Origin: Chiloscyllium plagiosum
Taxonomy: Eukaryota
Direction: 5' to 3'
Assembly: GCF_004010195.1 (NCBI RefSeq)
Contig: NC_057719.1
Location: 89,976,705-90,035,609 of the forward strand
Length of the DNA stretch: 58,905 bases
The notes under the pieces: model-generated
Database searches by the model: none
What the model saw: the letters and a program-made list of their open reading frames with translations, nothing else
What the model was told of the DNA's origin: nothing
In this document: one piece after another, positions 35,401 through 46,539 of the stretch
How the letters are laid out: the number at the start of each line of letters is the position of its first letter
How positions within the stretch are numbered: position 1 is the first letter of the stretch
Translations under genes and position numbers: made by a program

Positions 35401-35809
35401 AGCCTTCCCAAGTGGCCCAGCAAGTCACTGAGTTCAAGGGCAATTAGGGATTGGCAATAAATGCCAGCCTTGCCAGCAATGGCCAGATCTCATGATAAAT
35501 AAAGGGAAAACCAATCAAAGTTAAAACGAGAGCTTTAACATTCTAGGTTCTATGTTCAAGAGTTTGCTTTTTACTATCATTCCTTGCTCTCAGAACTCAA
35601 CTTAAAAACTGAATTGCTGTGTCACGCTTGCACAATATTGTGCTTTCCTAGCTGAAAAAAACTTCCGAAATTAAAATACATTGTTGAATGCAGAAGAAAT
35701 AAAGCACCAATGTATCTGCTATAATTGGAAACACGATACACTCAACAGTTTCGTGATAGCAGCCCCATCTAGTGACAGAGGTTGGTCACTGCAAGTATCA
35801 GCTGAAACA

Positions 35810-36068
35810 CACACAGCATGGAAGCAGACCCTTCGGTCCAACTTGTCCATGCCGACCAGGTTTCCCAAACCGAAATACTCCAATTTGCCTATATTTGGCC
35901 CATTTCCTTCTAAACCTTTCCTAACCGTATTCCCATTCAGATGTCATTTAAATGTTATAATTGTATCCACCACTTCCTCTGGCAGCTCATTCCATACACG
36001 CACCACCTTCTGCCTGAAAAAGCTGCCACTCACATCTCTTTTAAATCTTTTCCCTTCCACCTTGAAGT
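35810..36068 (-). mobile_element. CR1 3' end
   Basis: Same tail as other HER1-like copies. Confidence 0.8.
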
Positions 36069-36134
36069 CTGCACCTCATCTGCTCCACTGGCTGCATTTT
36101 TCAATGATAATGCCAGTTGTAGGGCCTGAGAGCA

Positions 36135-36262
36135 GGTTTTTGAGGAAGGGCCACACGAAACATTAACTCTGATTTCTCTCCACAGATGCTGCCAGACCTG
36201 CTGAGCTTTTCCAGCAATTTCTGGTTTTGTTTCTGATTTACAGCAGCCACGTTTCTTTTGAG
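36135..36262 (+). mobile_element. PLE terminal fragment (second family, decayed hammerhead)
   Basis: TGAGGAAGGG..GAAACATTAACTCTG...GATGCTGCCAGACCTGCTGAG; also at ~39645-39745 and ~53915-53992. Confidence 0.7.
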
Positions 36263-36289
36263 CTTTTATTCAGTTGTACAGCCTGTTTG

Positions 36290-36540
36290 AAATCCATTTG
36301 GATTGCAGTTAGTAAGTGCTTTTGCATAATTACATCATTAAACCCATACCATACAATCTCTCAGCGTTCATTAAGAGTTAAACCAAAGTCATATGCCTCT
36401 GCCAGTCATCTTAACCCAGTCAAAACTCTTGATGATTCCCTGGCTCTCGAATTGCTGAATAAAATTGATAGCATCTCAGAATTAGAGGAGGGGTTGTAGT
36501 ATCTGTTAACTCTCGAAAGAATTTAGTATCTGGTGCCTCA
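36290..36540 (-). mobile_element. Gypsy gag fragment
   Basis: Homologous to ~26230-26465 (TTAAACCAAAGTCA..CTCTGCCAGT, TTTAGTATCTGGTGC). Confidence 0.75.
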
Positions 36541-37570
36541 GAGTCATAGAGTCATAGTCATACAGTATGGAAACAGACCCTTCGGTCCAACTAGTCCATG
36601 CTGACCATATTCCCAAACTGAACTAGTCCCACTTGCTTGTGTTTGGCCGATATCCCTCCAAACTTTTCCTATTCACACACTTATCTAAAAGCCTTATAAA
36701 CATTGTAACTGTACCAGCATCCACCACTTCTCTGGCAGTTCACTCAACATACAAGCCACTCTCAGTGTAAAAAAGTTGCCCCTCGTGCCCATATGTCCCC
36801 TAGTTTTTGAACTCCTCCACCCTAGGGAAAAGCTTACCCATGGTCCTGATAAGTTTATAAACCTCTGTCCAGTGAAAAAAGCCCTAGCTTACCTAGGCTA
36901 CTTTTATAATTCAAACCCTCCATTGCCAGCAACATCCTGTTTATCTTTTCTGAACCCTTTCCAATTTAAAAATACCCTTCCTATAGGAACATAGAACATT
37001 ACAGCACAGTATAGGCCCTTCGGCCCTCGATGTTGAGCCAACCTGTACAGCCAACCTGAAGCTCATCTAACCTACACTATTCCATTTTCATCCATTTGTT
37101 TATCCAATGACCATTTAAATGTCCTTCAAGTTGGCGAGTCTACTACTATTGGAGGCAGCGTGTTCCAAGCCTCTGCAGCTCTCCGAGTAAAGAAACTACC
37201 TCTGACATCTGTCCTATATCTATCACCCCTCAATTTAAAGCTATGCCCCCTCGTGCTAGCCATCTCCATCTGAGGAAAAAGGCTCTCCCTGTCCACCCTA
37301 TCTAACCCTCTGATTATCTTATATGTCTCAATTAAGTCACCTCTCAACCTTCTTCTCTCTAGCGAAAACAGCCTCAAGTCCCTCAGCCTTTCCTCAGAAG
37401 ACCTTCTTCCCTGGAGGGCGACCAGAACAGAACATATTACTCCAAAAGAGACCTCACAAACAATCTGTACAACCTCAACATAACATTCCCAACTCTTATA
37501 CTCAAAAGTCTTAGCAATGCCTTTTTAACCATTCCGTCCATTGGTGACACAAATTTCAAAGAATTATGTA
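36541..37570 (-). mobile_element. Two adjacent CR1 3' fragments (36541-36985; 36987-37570)
   Basis: Two distinct tails; LFSLERRRLRGDLIETYKII. Confidence 0.85.
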
Positions 37571-37574
37571 AATA

Positions 37575-38168
37575 AAAACCAAAAGAACTGCAGATGCTGT
37601 AAATTAGAAACAAAAACAGAAATTGCTGGAAAAGCTCAGCAGGTCTAGCAGCATCTGTGAAGAGAAATCAGAGTTAACATTTTGGGTGCAGTGACTCTTC
37701 CTCAGAACTGATGGGTCACTGGACCTGAAATGGGAAAGCTGGAAACAATAGTTGAGGATAGAGATGGTTAGTGGCTAACAATGGGTTGTGTGTAATAGGT
37801 GACTACGTGATCACAGGACTTGATGTATGAGGGTGGTGGGAGATAGGGCATGAGAGTTCAAGCCCTAAATTTATGGAACTCGAAACTGAGGCCAGAAAGC
37901 TGCAAAGTCTTTAAGTGAAAAATGAGGTGTTGCTCTTCTAGTTTATCCTGGAGCACTGCAGCTAGTCTGAGACAGAGATAATGGTCAGGGTGGTCTGTTA
38001 AAGTGGCAGGCAACATCCCTCTGACTCTATCCCCTTTCCTAACACCATCTCCGGTCCCATATTCACCATCCCTCCTAAACTTCCGCTCTCCGACGTTGAA
38101 CATTCTGTACTCAGCAAAGGTCTCAGTTTTATTCATCTATATCCCCACTTCAATGATTTTTAGCCACA
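37575..38168 (-). mobile_element. PLE fragment (GIY-YIG C-terminus + terminal repeat)
   Basis: KLEEQHLIFHLKTLQLSGLSFEF; terminal sequence 37575-37712. Confidence 0.75.
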
Positions 38169-38169
38169 A

Positions 38170-39622
38170 CATAGAGTCATAGAGATGTACAGCATGGAAA
38201 CAGACCCTTCGGTCTAACTTTCCATGCCTTTTAAATGTTGCAATTGTACCAGCCTCCACCACTCCCTCTGCAGCTCATTCCACACCCGTACTACCCTCTG
38301 TGTGAAAAAGTTCCCCCTTAGGTCTCTTTTATATCTTTCCCCTCTCACCCTAAACCTATGCCCTCTAGTTCTNNNNNNNNNNNNNNNNNNNNNNNNNNNN
38401 NNNNNNNNNNNNNNNNNNNNNNNNNNNNNNNNNNNNNNNNNNNNNNNNNNNNNNNNNNNNNNNNNNNNNNNNNNNNNCTCACATTTATCTGAATTAAACT
38501 CCATTGGTCCATCTGGTCCAGATCCTGTTGTAATCTGAGGTAACCCTCTTTGCTGTCCACTACACCTCCAATTTTGGTGTCATTTGCAAACTTACTAACT
38601 ATACCTGTTATGCTCACATCCAAATCATTTATATAAATGATGAAAAGTAGAGGGCCCAGCACCGATCCTTGTGGAATTCTACTGGTCACAGGCCTCCAGT
38701 CTGAAAAACAACCCTCCACCACCACCCTCTGTCTTCTACCTTTCAGCCAGTTCGGTATCCAAATGGCTAGTTATTCCAACGCCCCTCCTCCAAGTCCCTC
38801 CTCCCTACCTTTTATCTTCTCCTGCTGAACACTCTCTGCTCATTCCTGAAGAAGGGCCTGTGCCCGAAACGTCGAATCTCCTGTTCCCTGGATGCTGCCT
38901 GACCTGCTGTGCTGTTCCAGCAATAAAGTTTCAACAATGAGATCTAACCTTGCTAACCAGTCTCCCATGGAGACCCTTGTCGAAAGCCTTACTGAAGTCC
39001 ATAAAGATCACATCTACCGCTCTGCCCTCATCAATCCTCTTTGTTACTTTTTCAAAGAACTCAATCAAGTTTGTGAGTCATGATTTCCCACACATGTTGA
39101 CTATCCCTAATCAGTCCTTGCCTTTCCAAATACATGTACATCCTGTTCCTCAGGATTCCCTCCAACAACTTGCCCACCACCAACGTCAGGCTCACTGGTC
39201 TATAGTTCCCTGGCTTGTCCTTACTGCCCTTTTTAAACAGCAGCACCATGTTAGCCAACGTCCAGTCTTCCAGCACCTCATCTGTGACTATCGATGATAC
39301 AAATATCTCAGCAAGAGGCCCAGCAATCACTTCTCCAGCTTCCCACACAGTTCTAGGGTACACCTGATCAGGTCCTGGGGATGTATCCACTTTTATGCAT
39401 TTCAAGACATCCAGCACTTCATCCTCTGTAATATGGACATTTTTCAAGATGTCACCATCTATTTCCCTGCATTCTATATCTTCTATGTCCTTTTCCACAG
39501 TAAATGCTGATGCAAAATACTAGTTTAGTATCTGCCCCATTTTCTGTGGCTCCACACAAAGGCTGCCTTGCTGAACTTTGAGGGGCCCTATTCTCTCCCT
39601 AGTTACCCTTTTGTCTTAATGC
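38170..39622 (-). mobile_element. CR1 ORF2 3' half (N-gap and PLE insert inside)
   Basis: [37 protein letters not shown]. Confidence 0.92.
38772..38936 (+). mobile_element. PLE 3' end with intact hammerhead motif (38842-38877)
   Basis: ATTC-CTGAAGA-A-GGGC(CTGT)GCCC-GAAA-CGTC-GAAT. Confidence 0.8.
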
Positions 39623-40663
39623 ATAAAAAAACATTTTTCTCGCTACCATCAGTTCTGAGGAAGGGCCACGAGACGTTAACTCTGATTTCTCTTCACAGAT
39701 GCTACCAAACGTGCTAAGCTTTTCCAGCAATTTCTATTTTTCTTTAAGAATTATGTACCTGAATCCTAAGGAGCTTACTCCTTGACTGGGGACATAGACT
39801 CAGGGGGCAGGCAGAATTCACGCAAATTGCAGGCTTTTGTTCAAGCAAAAACTGGTTAATGCAGGAAGAGAGCCAAAGGATTTTCCCCGAATCTGGCCTC
39901 AATGTATACACACTATTATTCGCTTAATCTTTGACTCAGATCAGAAGAGAGAATAATAAGACACTGATTTTACATTAAAAAGTTGTATTCTTATACATTT
40001 TGAGTTACAATAATCAAATACAGCATAGTCACTGTTCTCCATTCCCTTAATACCCAATCCTGTAAAACACCTAATCATTGATGGGTATTCCTATGGATAG
40101 CCCTAGGTTCCCATGATCTCATGGTGTTTAACAGACACTATAATCGCTGAGCCTCGGAATCTTCCTATGCATCCTATTCATTTGCATTCCAAAGTTACTG
40201 GCTGTACTCCTTTGGGTCTGGCTCAGGCATGCTTATCTCTAAGGATAGCTTGAATTCTATTTTTCATTGTAATCCATTTGCTGCTTTTCTCAAACTCAGT
40301 TACTCCTCTTATATTTCCCACTGTCTTGATTATATATGTAAAAATACAAAAGGCAGTTCATTTTAACTACTTGCTATAAGATCTGTAATATTGATTTCTC
40401 TTATAAAATTCATTATGAAGTGTAAGATTACTCAGCTACTTCTACTCTTAGCACTTTGTAATTAATGGGCTATTTTGTACCATGCATTTTTTAGAGATAG
40501 AAGAAAGCATTTCCTGTACCTAATTAACTTTCACATCCACATTTAATTGTTTTTCCCCGAATGCTTCTATCATACTTTGGTTATACATGTACTTATCCTT
40601 TATGTTGAACATTATTTCTATGATTATCTGAAGAACCTTCAACCAGAGCCTATTTCTTAATAT

Positions 40664-41425
40664 TACAACATGTAAACAGACCCTTCGGCACAACTCATCC
40701 ATGCCAACCAGATATCCCAACTCAATCTAGTCCCATCTGCCAGCACTCAGCAAATATCCCTCCAAACCCTTCCTATTCATATACCCATCCAGGTACCTTT
40801 TAAATGTTGCAATTGTACCAGCTTCCACCATTTCCTCTGACAGCTCATTCCATACACATACCACCCCCTGCGTGAAAACGTTGTCCCTTAAGTCTCTTTT
40901 ATATCTTTCCCCTCTCACTGTAAACCTATGCCCTCTAGTTCTGGACTTCCCTACCTCAGGGAAAAGGCTTTACCTATTTACCATATCTATGCCCTTCATG
41001 ATTTTATAAACCTCTATAAGGTCACCCCTCAGCCTTCAATGCTCCAGGGTAAACTACCCTAGCCTATTCAACCTTTCTCAATAGATCAAATCCTCAACCC
41101 TGGCAACATCCTTGTAACTCTTTTCTGAACTATTCAAGTTTCATAACATTCTTCCAGTAGGAAGGAGACCAGAATTGCATGCAATATTCCAACAGTGGCC
41201 TAACCAATGTCCTGTACAGCCTCAATATGACCTCCCAACTCCTGTACTCAATACTCTGACCAATAGAGGAAAGCTGCCTCCACTATCATATCTACCTGCG
41301 ACTCCACTTTCAAGGCGCTATGAACCTGCACCCCAAGGTCTCTTTGGTCAGCAACACTCCCTAGGACCTTACCATTAAGTGTATAAGTCCTGCTAAGATT
41401 TGCTTTTCCAAAATGTAGCACCTCT
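40664..41425 (-). mobile_element. CR1 3' part
   Basis: RGERYKRDLR..FTQGVVCVWNEL. Confidence 0.9.
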
Positions 41426-41440
41426 AATCAGACAAACTTA

Positions 41441-41744
41441 TGGGCAGCACGGTGGCATAGCGGTTAGCACTGCTGCCTCACAGTGCTAGAGACCCGGGTT
41501 CAATTCCCGCCTCAGGCAACTGTCTGTGTGGAGTTTGCACATTCTCACCGTATCTGCGTGGGTTTCCTCCCACAGTCCAAAGATGTGCAGGTCAGGTGAA
41601 TTGGCCATGCTAAATTGCCCGTAGTGTTAGGTGCAGGGGTAAATGTAGGGGAATGGGTCTGGGTGGGTTGCGCTTCGGCAGGTCGGTGTGCACTTGTTGG
41701 GCCGAAGGGCCTGTTTCCACACTGTAAGTAATCTAATCTAATCT
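41441..41744 (+). mobile_element. HE1 V-SINE
   Basis: Head, core, (TAATC)n tail. Confidence 0.93.
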
Positions 41745-41848
41745 ATACTCTATGTCCAATTACTTGTTCTGGAAAATTTAATAACCTTTCCTGAGTTCTG
41801 ATTACCTTTACCTCATTTTTAAAGGCCTTGTGACCACACTAGCTTTTA

Positions 41849-42151
41849 TAGATTAGATTACAGTGTGGAAACAGGCCCTTCGGCACAACAAGTCCACACC
41901 GACCCGCCGAAGCGAAACCCACCCATACCCCTACATTTGCCCCTTACCTAACACTACGGGCAATTTAGTATGGCCAATTCACCTAACCTGCACATCTTTG
42001 GACTGTGGGAGGAAACCGGAGCACCCGGAGGAAACCCACGCAGACACGGGGAGAATGTGCAAACTCCACACAGTCAGTCGCCTGAGTCGGGAATTGAACC
42101 CGGGTCTCTGGCGCTGCGAGGCAGCAGTGCTAACCACTGTGCCACCGTGGC
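41849..42151 (-). mobile_element. HE1 V-SINE
   Basis: Head, core, tail. Confidence 0.93.
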
Positions 42152-42298
42152 CCAGATCCTAGTCTCAGATTGGTTCAGGTGGAGCCTTCCCCAACAGTAC
42201 AGTTCCTTCCTATCCAAATAATGATTCCAGATACCCAAGAAATAAAACCCCTGTTTCCCACACCATCCCTCAGCCATATGTTTATTTTCCTAATCTTA

Positions 42299-42950
42299 GG
42301 CACGGTGGTTCAGTGGTTAGCATGCTGCCTCACAGCACCAGGGACCCGGGTTCGATTCCAGCCTCGGGTGACTGTCTGTGTGGAGTTTGCACATTCTCCC
42401 TGCGTCTGCGTGGGTTTGCTCTGGTTTCCTCCCACAATCCAAAGATGTGCAGGCTAGGTGAATTGGCCATGTTAAATTGCCCATAGTGTTCAGGGATTAG
42501 ATTAGATTACATTACAGTGTGGAAACAGGCCCTTCGGCCCAACAAGTCCACACCGACCCACCGAAGCTTAACCTGCCCATACCCCTACATTTACTCCTTA
42601 CCTAACACTACGGGCAATTTAGCATGGCCAATTCATCTGGACCTGCACATCTTTGGACTGTGGGAGGAAATCGGAGCACCTGGAGGAAACCCACACAGAC
42701 ACAGGGAGAACGTGCAAACTCCACACAGTCAGTCGCCTGAGGCGGGAATTGAACCCGGGTCTCTGGCGCTGTGAGGCAGCAGTGCTAACCACTGTGCCAC
42801 CATGCCGGATGTGTAGGTTAGGTGCATTAGTCAGGGGTAAAATGTAGAGTGATAGGGTAGGGGAATGGGTCTGGATGGGTTACTCTTTGGAGGGTCAGTA
42901 TGGACTTGTTGGGTCGAAGGGCCTGTTTCCAAACTGTAGAGACTCTATGA
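42299..42950 (+). mobile_element. HE1 V-SINE interrupted by an antisense HE1 (~42496-42806)
   Basis: Outer copy resumes at ~42807 (GGATGTGTAGGTTAGG). Confidence 0.9.
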
Positions 42951-42954
42951 TTCA

Positions 42955-44700
42955 CACACTGCCACGTAGCTTAGTGTCACCTGCAAATATGTAGACATTT
43001 CATTAAATTCCTTCATCCAATGTATATTGTGAACAGCTGGGATCCTAGCAGTGAACCCTGTGGCACCCCACTCATCACTGCCTGCCACTCTGAAAAGGAC
43101 CTGCTTATTCCAACTGTCTGCTTCCTGTCTGCCAACTAGTTCTCTATCCACCTCTGATATCATGAGCATTAATTCTGTTTAATAATCTCTTGTGTGGAAC
43201 CTTGTCAAAAGCCTTTTGCAAGTCCAGATACACAAGATCTACTGATTCACCCTTGTCCACTCTATTAATCACATCCTCAAAAAATTCCAAAAGATTTGTC
43301 AAGCATGATTTCCCTTTAGTGAATCCATGCTGACTTGGACCAATTCTGTCACCACTTTCCAAATGCTCAGTTATTATATCGTTAATAACTGGATGTAGGT
43401 TTGCTCGCTGAGCTGAAACATTTGTTTTCAGATGTTTCGTCACCATATTAGGTAGCATCATCAGTGAGCCTCTGGATGAAGCACTGGTGGTATGACTCAC
43501 TTTCTATTTATGTGTTTAGGTTTCCTTGGGTTGGTGCTGTCATTTCATGTGGTGACATCATTTCCTGTGATAATGTCATTTACTATTCTTTTTCTCAGGG
43601 GCTGGTAAATGGGATCGAAGTCAATGTGTTCATTGATAGTTTCGGTTGGAATGCCACGCTTCTAGGAATTCTCGTGTGTGTCTCTGTTTGGCTTGTCCTA
43701 GAAACCCTCGCCACTCTCCCCTACATCAAAGACATCTCATAAATGACTGCCAGACTACTCAGACCTCTTGGCATCATGGTAGCCCACCAACACACTAAAA
43801 CAGCAGCTAATGAACTTGAAAGACCCTATACAGACATTGCAATAACTGTAACAAACACTACATTGGACAAACAGGCAGAAAATTAGCCACCAGGATACAT
43901 GAACATCAACTACCCACAAAAAGACATGACCCACTGTCAATAGTATCCTTACATACAGATAAGGAAGGACAGAACTTTGACTGGGACAACACATCCTCCT
44001 AGGACTAGCCAAACAGAGACACGCATGAGAATTCTGAGAAGTGCGGCATTCCAACCGGAATTCCATCAACAAACACATTGACGTGGATCCCATTTACCAC
44101 CCCTTGAGAAAAAGAACAGGAAATGACATCACCACAGGAAATGACATAATCAACCCAAGGAAACCTAATCATAAAAATAGAAAGCAAGCCACGCCACCAC
44201 TGCTTCATCCAGAGGCTCACTGAAGATATTACCTAGTATGGTGACAAAACATCTGAAAACAAACCTTCCAGCTCAGTGAGCAAATCTACATCCACAACCT
44301 CAACCTGAGCTACAAATCTTCTCAAAACTCGCTATCCTTTATAACTGACTCCAGCATTTTCCCCACCATCTACGTCAGGCTAACCAGCCTATAATTCTTG
44401 GTTTTCTCTCTCCCTCCTTTGTTAAAAGAAAGTGGGGTTACATTAGCTACCCTCCAGTCCATTCAAACTCTTCCAGAGTCTATAGATTGCTGGTAAATGA
44501 TCATCACTGCATCCACTATTTCTAGGCAATGTCCTCAAGTACTGATGGAAGCACAGCATCAGGTTCTAGGGACTTATCAGGTGTTAATCCCATGAATTGC
44601 CCCAATATCATATCTTGACTAATAAGGATTTCTTTCAGGTCCTCTTTCATGCTTGATCCTTTGTCCCCTATCATTTCCAGAAGCTTATTGTGGCCTCCTT
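42955..44700 (-). mobile_element. CR1 RT fragment interrupted by a PLE
   Basis: SQHGFTKGKSCLTNLLEFFEDV, YLDLQKAFDKVPH. Confidence 0.85.
43392..44332. mobile_element. Fold-back PLE (same group as 15882-24084)
   Basis: 15-bp TSD with 2 mismatches (43377-43391, 44333-44347); minus arm 43392-43700, plus arm 43701-44332 with TLPYIKDIS. Confidence 0.88.
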
Positions 44701-45199
44701 AGGTCAGGTTTAAGCATGTTTTTCTATGTCAAAGGGAACATACTTGCTTGTAAATAACATGTAGAGATTTCTCTTCACTCATACCTGACCTTCACCATGA
44801 ATTGGCCTTTTACTTTCAACAATGTATTTCTAAGATCCTGTATTTTTATGCTTGGTACTTGTAATGTGATTTATTTAAGCTATATAAGTTAATTTGGTAA
44901 AACTGTAACACCAGCTCCTTTATCCAGTTTGTACTGTATTGGTGTTCATTTACTGTCAGACTCTCATTCCAATCATTTGTTTTCAGAATCACTGATATCT
45001 CCCAAAAATAGTTTTATTCTGATCTTGTGATTTTTCGATGTCTTGAATGTGGCATTGCTTAAAGAATTTCTCTCTGTTTTCTAGTTGTTTATATTTTGAA
45101 GTGACAGACTGTTTTAAAATAATCTACTTTGACAATTGTGGTACTGTACTCCCCCTGCTGGACATTCTTCCCAGTTGCGTCACTTGTTTGTAGACCCCA

Positions 45200-45900
45200 A
45201 CTCTACAATTTATATCAATGATCTGGATGAAGGTCAAATGGTTGCCAAATTGGCAGAAGACACAAAGCTAGGCAGGAAAATAAGTGAGGCCATAAGGAGG
45301 CTACAAAAAGATATAGATAGGTTAAGTGAGTGGGCAAAGATTTGACAAATGGAGTAGCCTGTGGGAAATCTGGCAGACAAATTAAGACAAAAGTCTGTTA
45401 TCTACATGTTGACAGGTTGCAGAGCTCTGAGTTACAGAGAGACCTGAGTATTCTAGTGCATCGGTCACAAAACATCAATATGCTGGCACAGTAAGTAATT
45501 GGGAAAGCTAATAGAATGTCATTGATTATTGAGTGAAATTGAGTACAAAAGCAGGGAGGTAATGCTTCAGTTCTACACTGCTCTAGTGAGAGTGCATCTG
45601 AAGTACTGTACCCAATACAGACTCCTTATTTAAAGATGGGTGTAAATGTGTTGGAGATAGTTCAGAAGAGGTTTACCAGATTAATATCTGGAATGGGCAG
45701 GTTGTTTCATGAGGAAACTTTGGACAGTTCAGGCCTGTATTTTAGATTAGATTACTTACAGTGTGGAAACAGGCCCTTCGGCCCAACAAGTCCACACCGA
45801 CCCGCCGAAGCGTAACCATGGGCAGGTTGTTTCATGAGGAAACTTTGGACAGTTCAGGCCTGTATTTGCTGAAGTTTAGAAGAGTATGAGGCAACTTAAT
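45200..45900 (+). mobile_element. Old CR1 RT fragment containing a 75-bp SINE/LINE tail insert (45743-45817)
   Basis: IYINDLDEG..AKLAEDTKLG, LQKDIDRLSEWA. Confidence 0.8.
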
Positions 45901-46367
45901 TTCTATGCCCTTCTGCCAACTCATAGCCCAACCCACCATCCTTTGTCCTTCCCGTCCATGCAATTATCCAGCAGGAGCATAACTCAGGAGGCACTACAAC
46001 AGAAAATGAAATTACCAGTCTATTGATGATGTTACTACTAAAAATGTGAACATACTCACTGATACTAAACAAACCTCTTACAACCTACCCGAGACTCGGA
46101 GACAGCACGGGAACTGTGAGGGAGCAACACGGTATTCAAATCACAGCCAAGGTTCAAAGCCGACAATTAGGCCTTCAGGGATTTAGGGAGAGCTGGCCTG
46201 CACCGAGTTTGAGAAAAATCATAGAAAAATCAGTGAGTTCATGGTTGGTGAAAGGAATGTTACTAGGAACTGTCTCTAAATATTAAGAAGTTAACTGGTA
46301 AACGAGAGGGATAAATGAAAGTCAGGACCAATATAATAAAGTAGCATAAATAAGCCAGAATAGGATA

Positions 46368-46445
46368 AAGAAGGGCTTATGCCCGAAACATCGATTCTCC
46401 TGCTCCTTGGATGCTGCACTTTTCCAGCACCACATTTTTCAGCTG
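46368..46445 (+). mobile_element. Single-arm PLE terminal fragment
   Basis: AAGAAGGGCTTATGCCCGAAACATCG...TTTTCAGCT. Confidence 0.75.
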
Positions 46446-46539
46446 AGAAAAGGTCAAGTTAACACAAATAACTTTAAGGCAAACTCCAGTTTTGACTTTG
46501 ATTTTTTAAATTTTAAATCAGTGATCCCTAGTTCCAGAT

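Noticed and set aside
39760..40663. Possible solo LTR
   Set aside because: Could not define termini or a TSD; the apparent TACAACA end belongs to the adjacent CR1 tail
44700..45200. Possible host exon in non-repeat AT-rich DNA (also 33750-34180, 51330-51680, 53340-53900)
   Set aside because: No convincing splice-bounded open frame or protein similarity by eye; small exons cannot be excluded without RNA-seq
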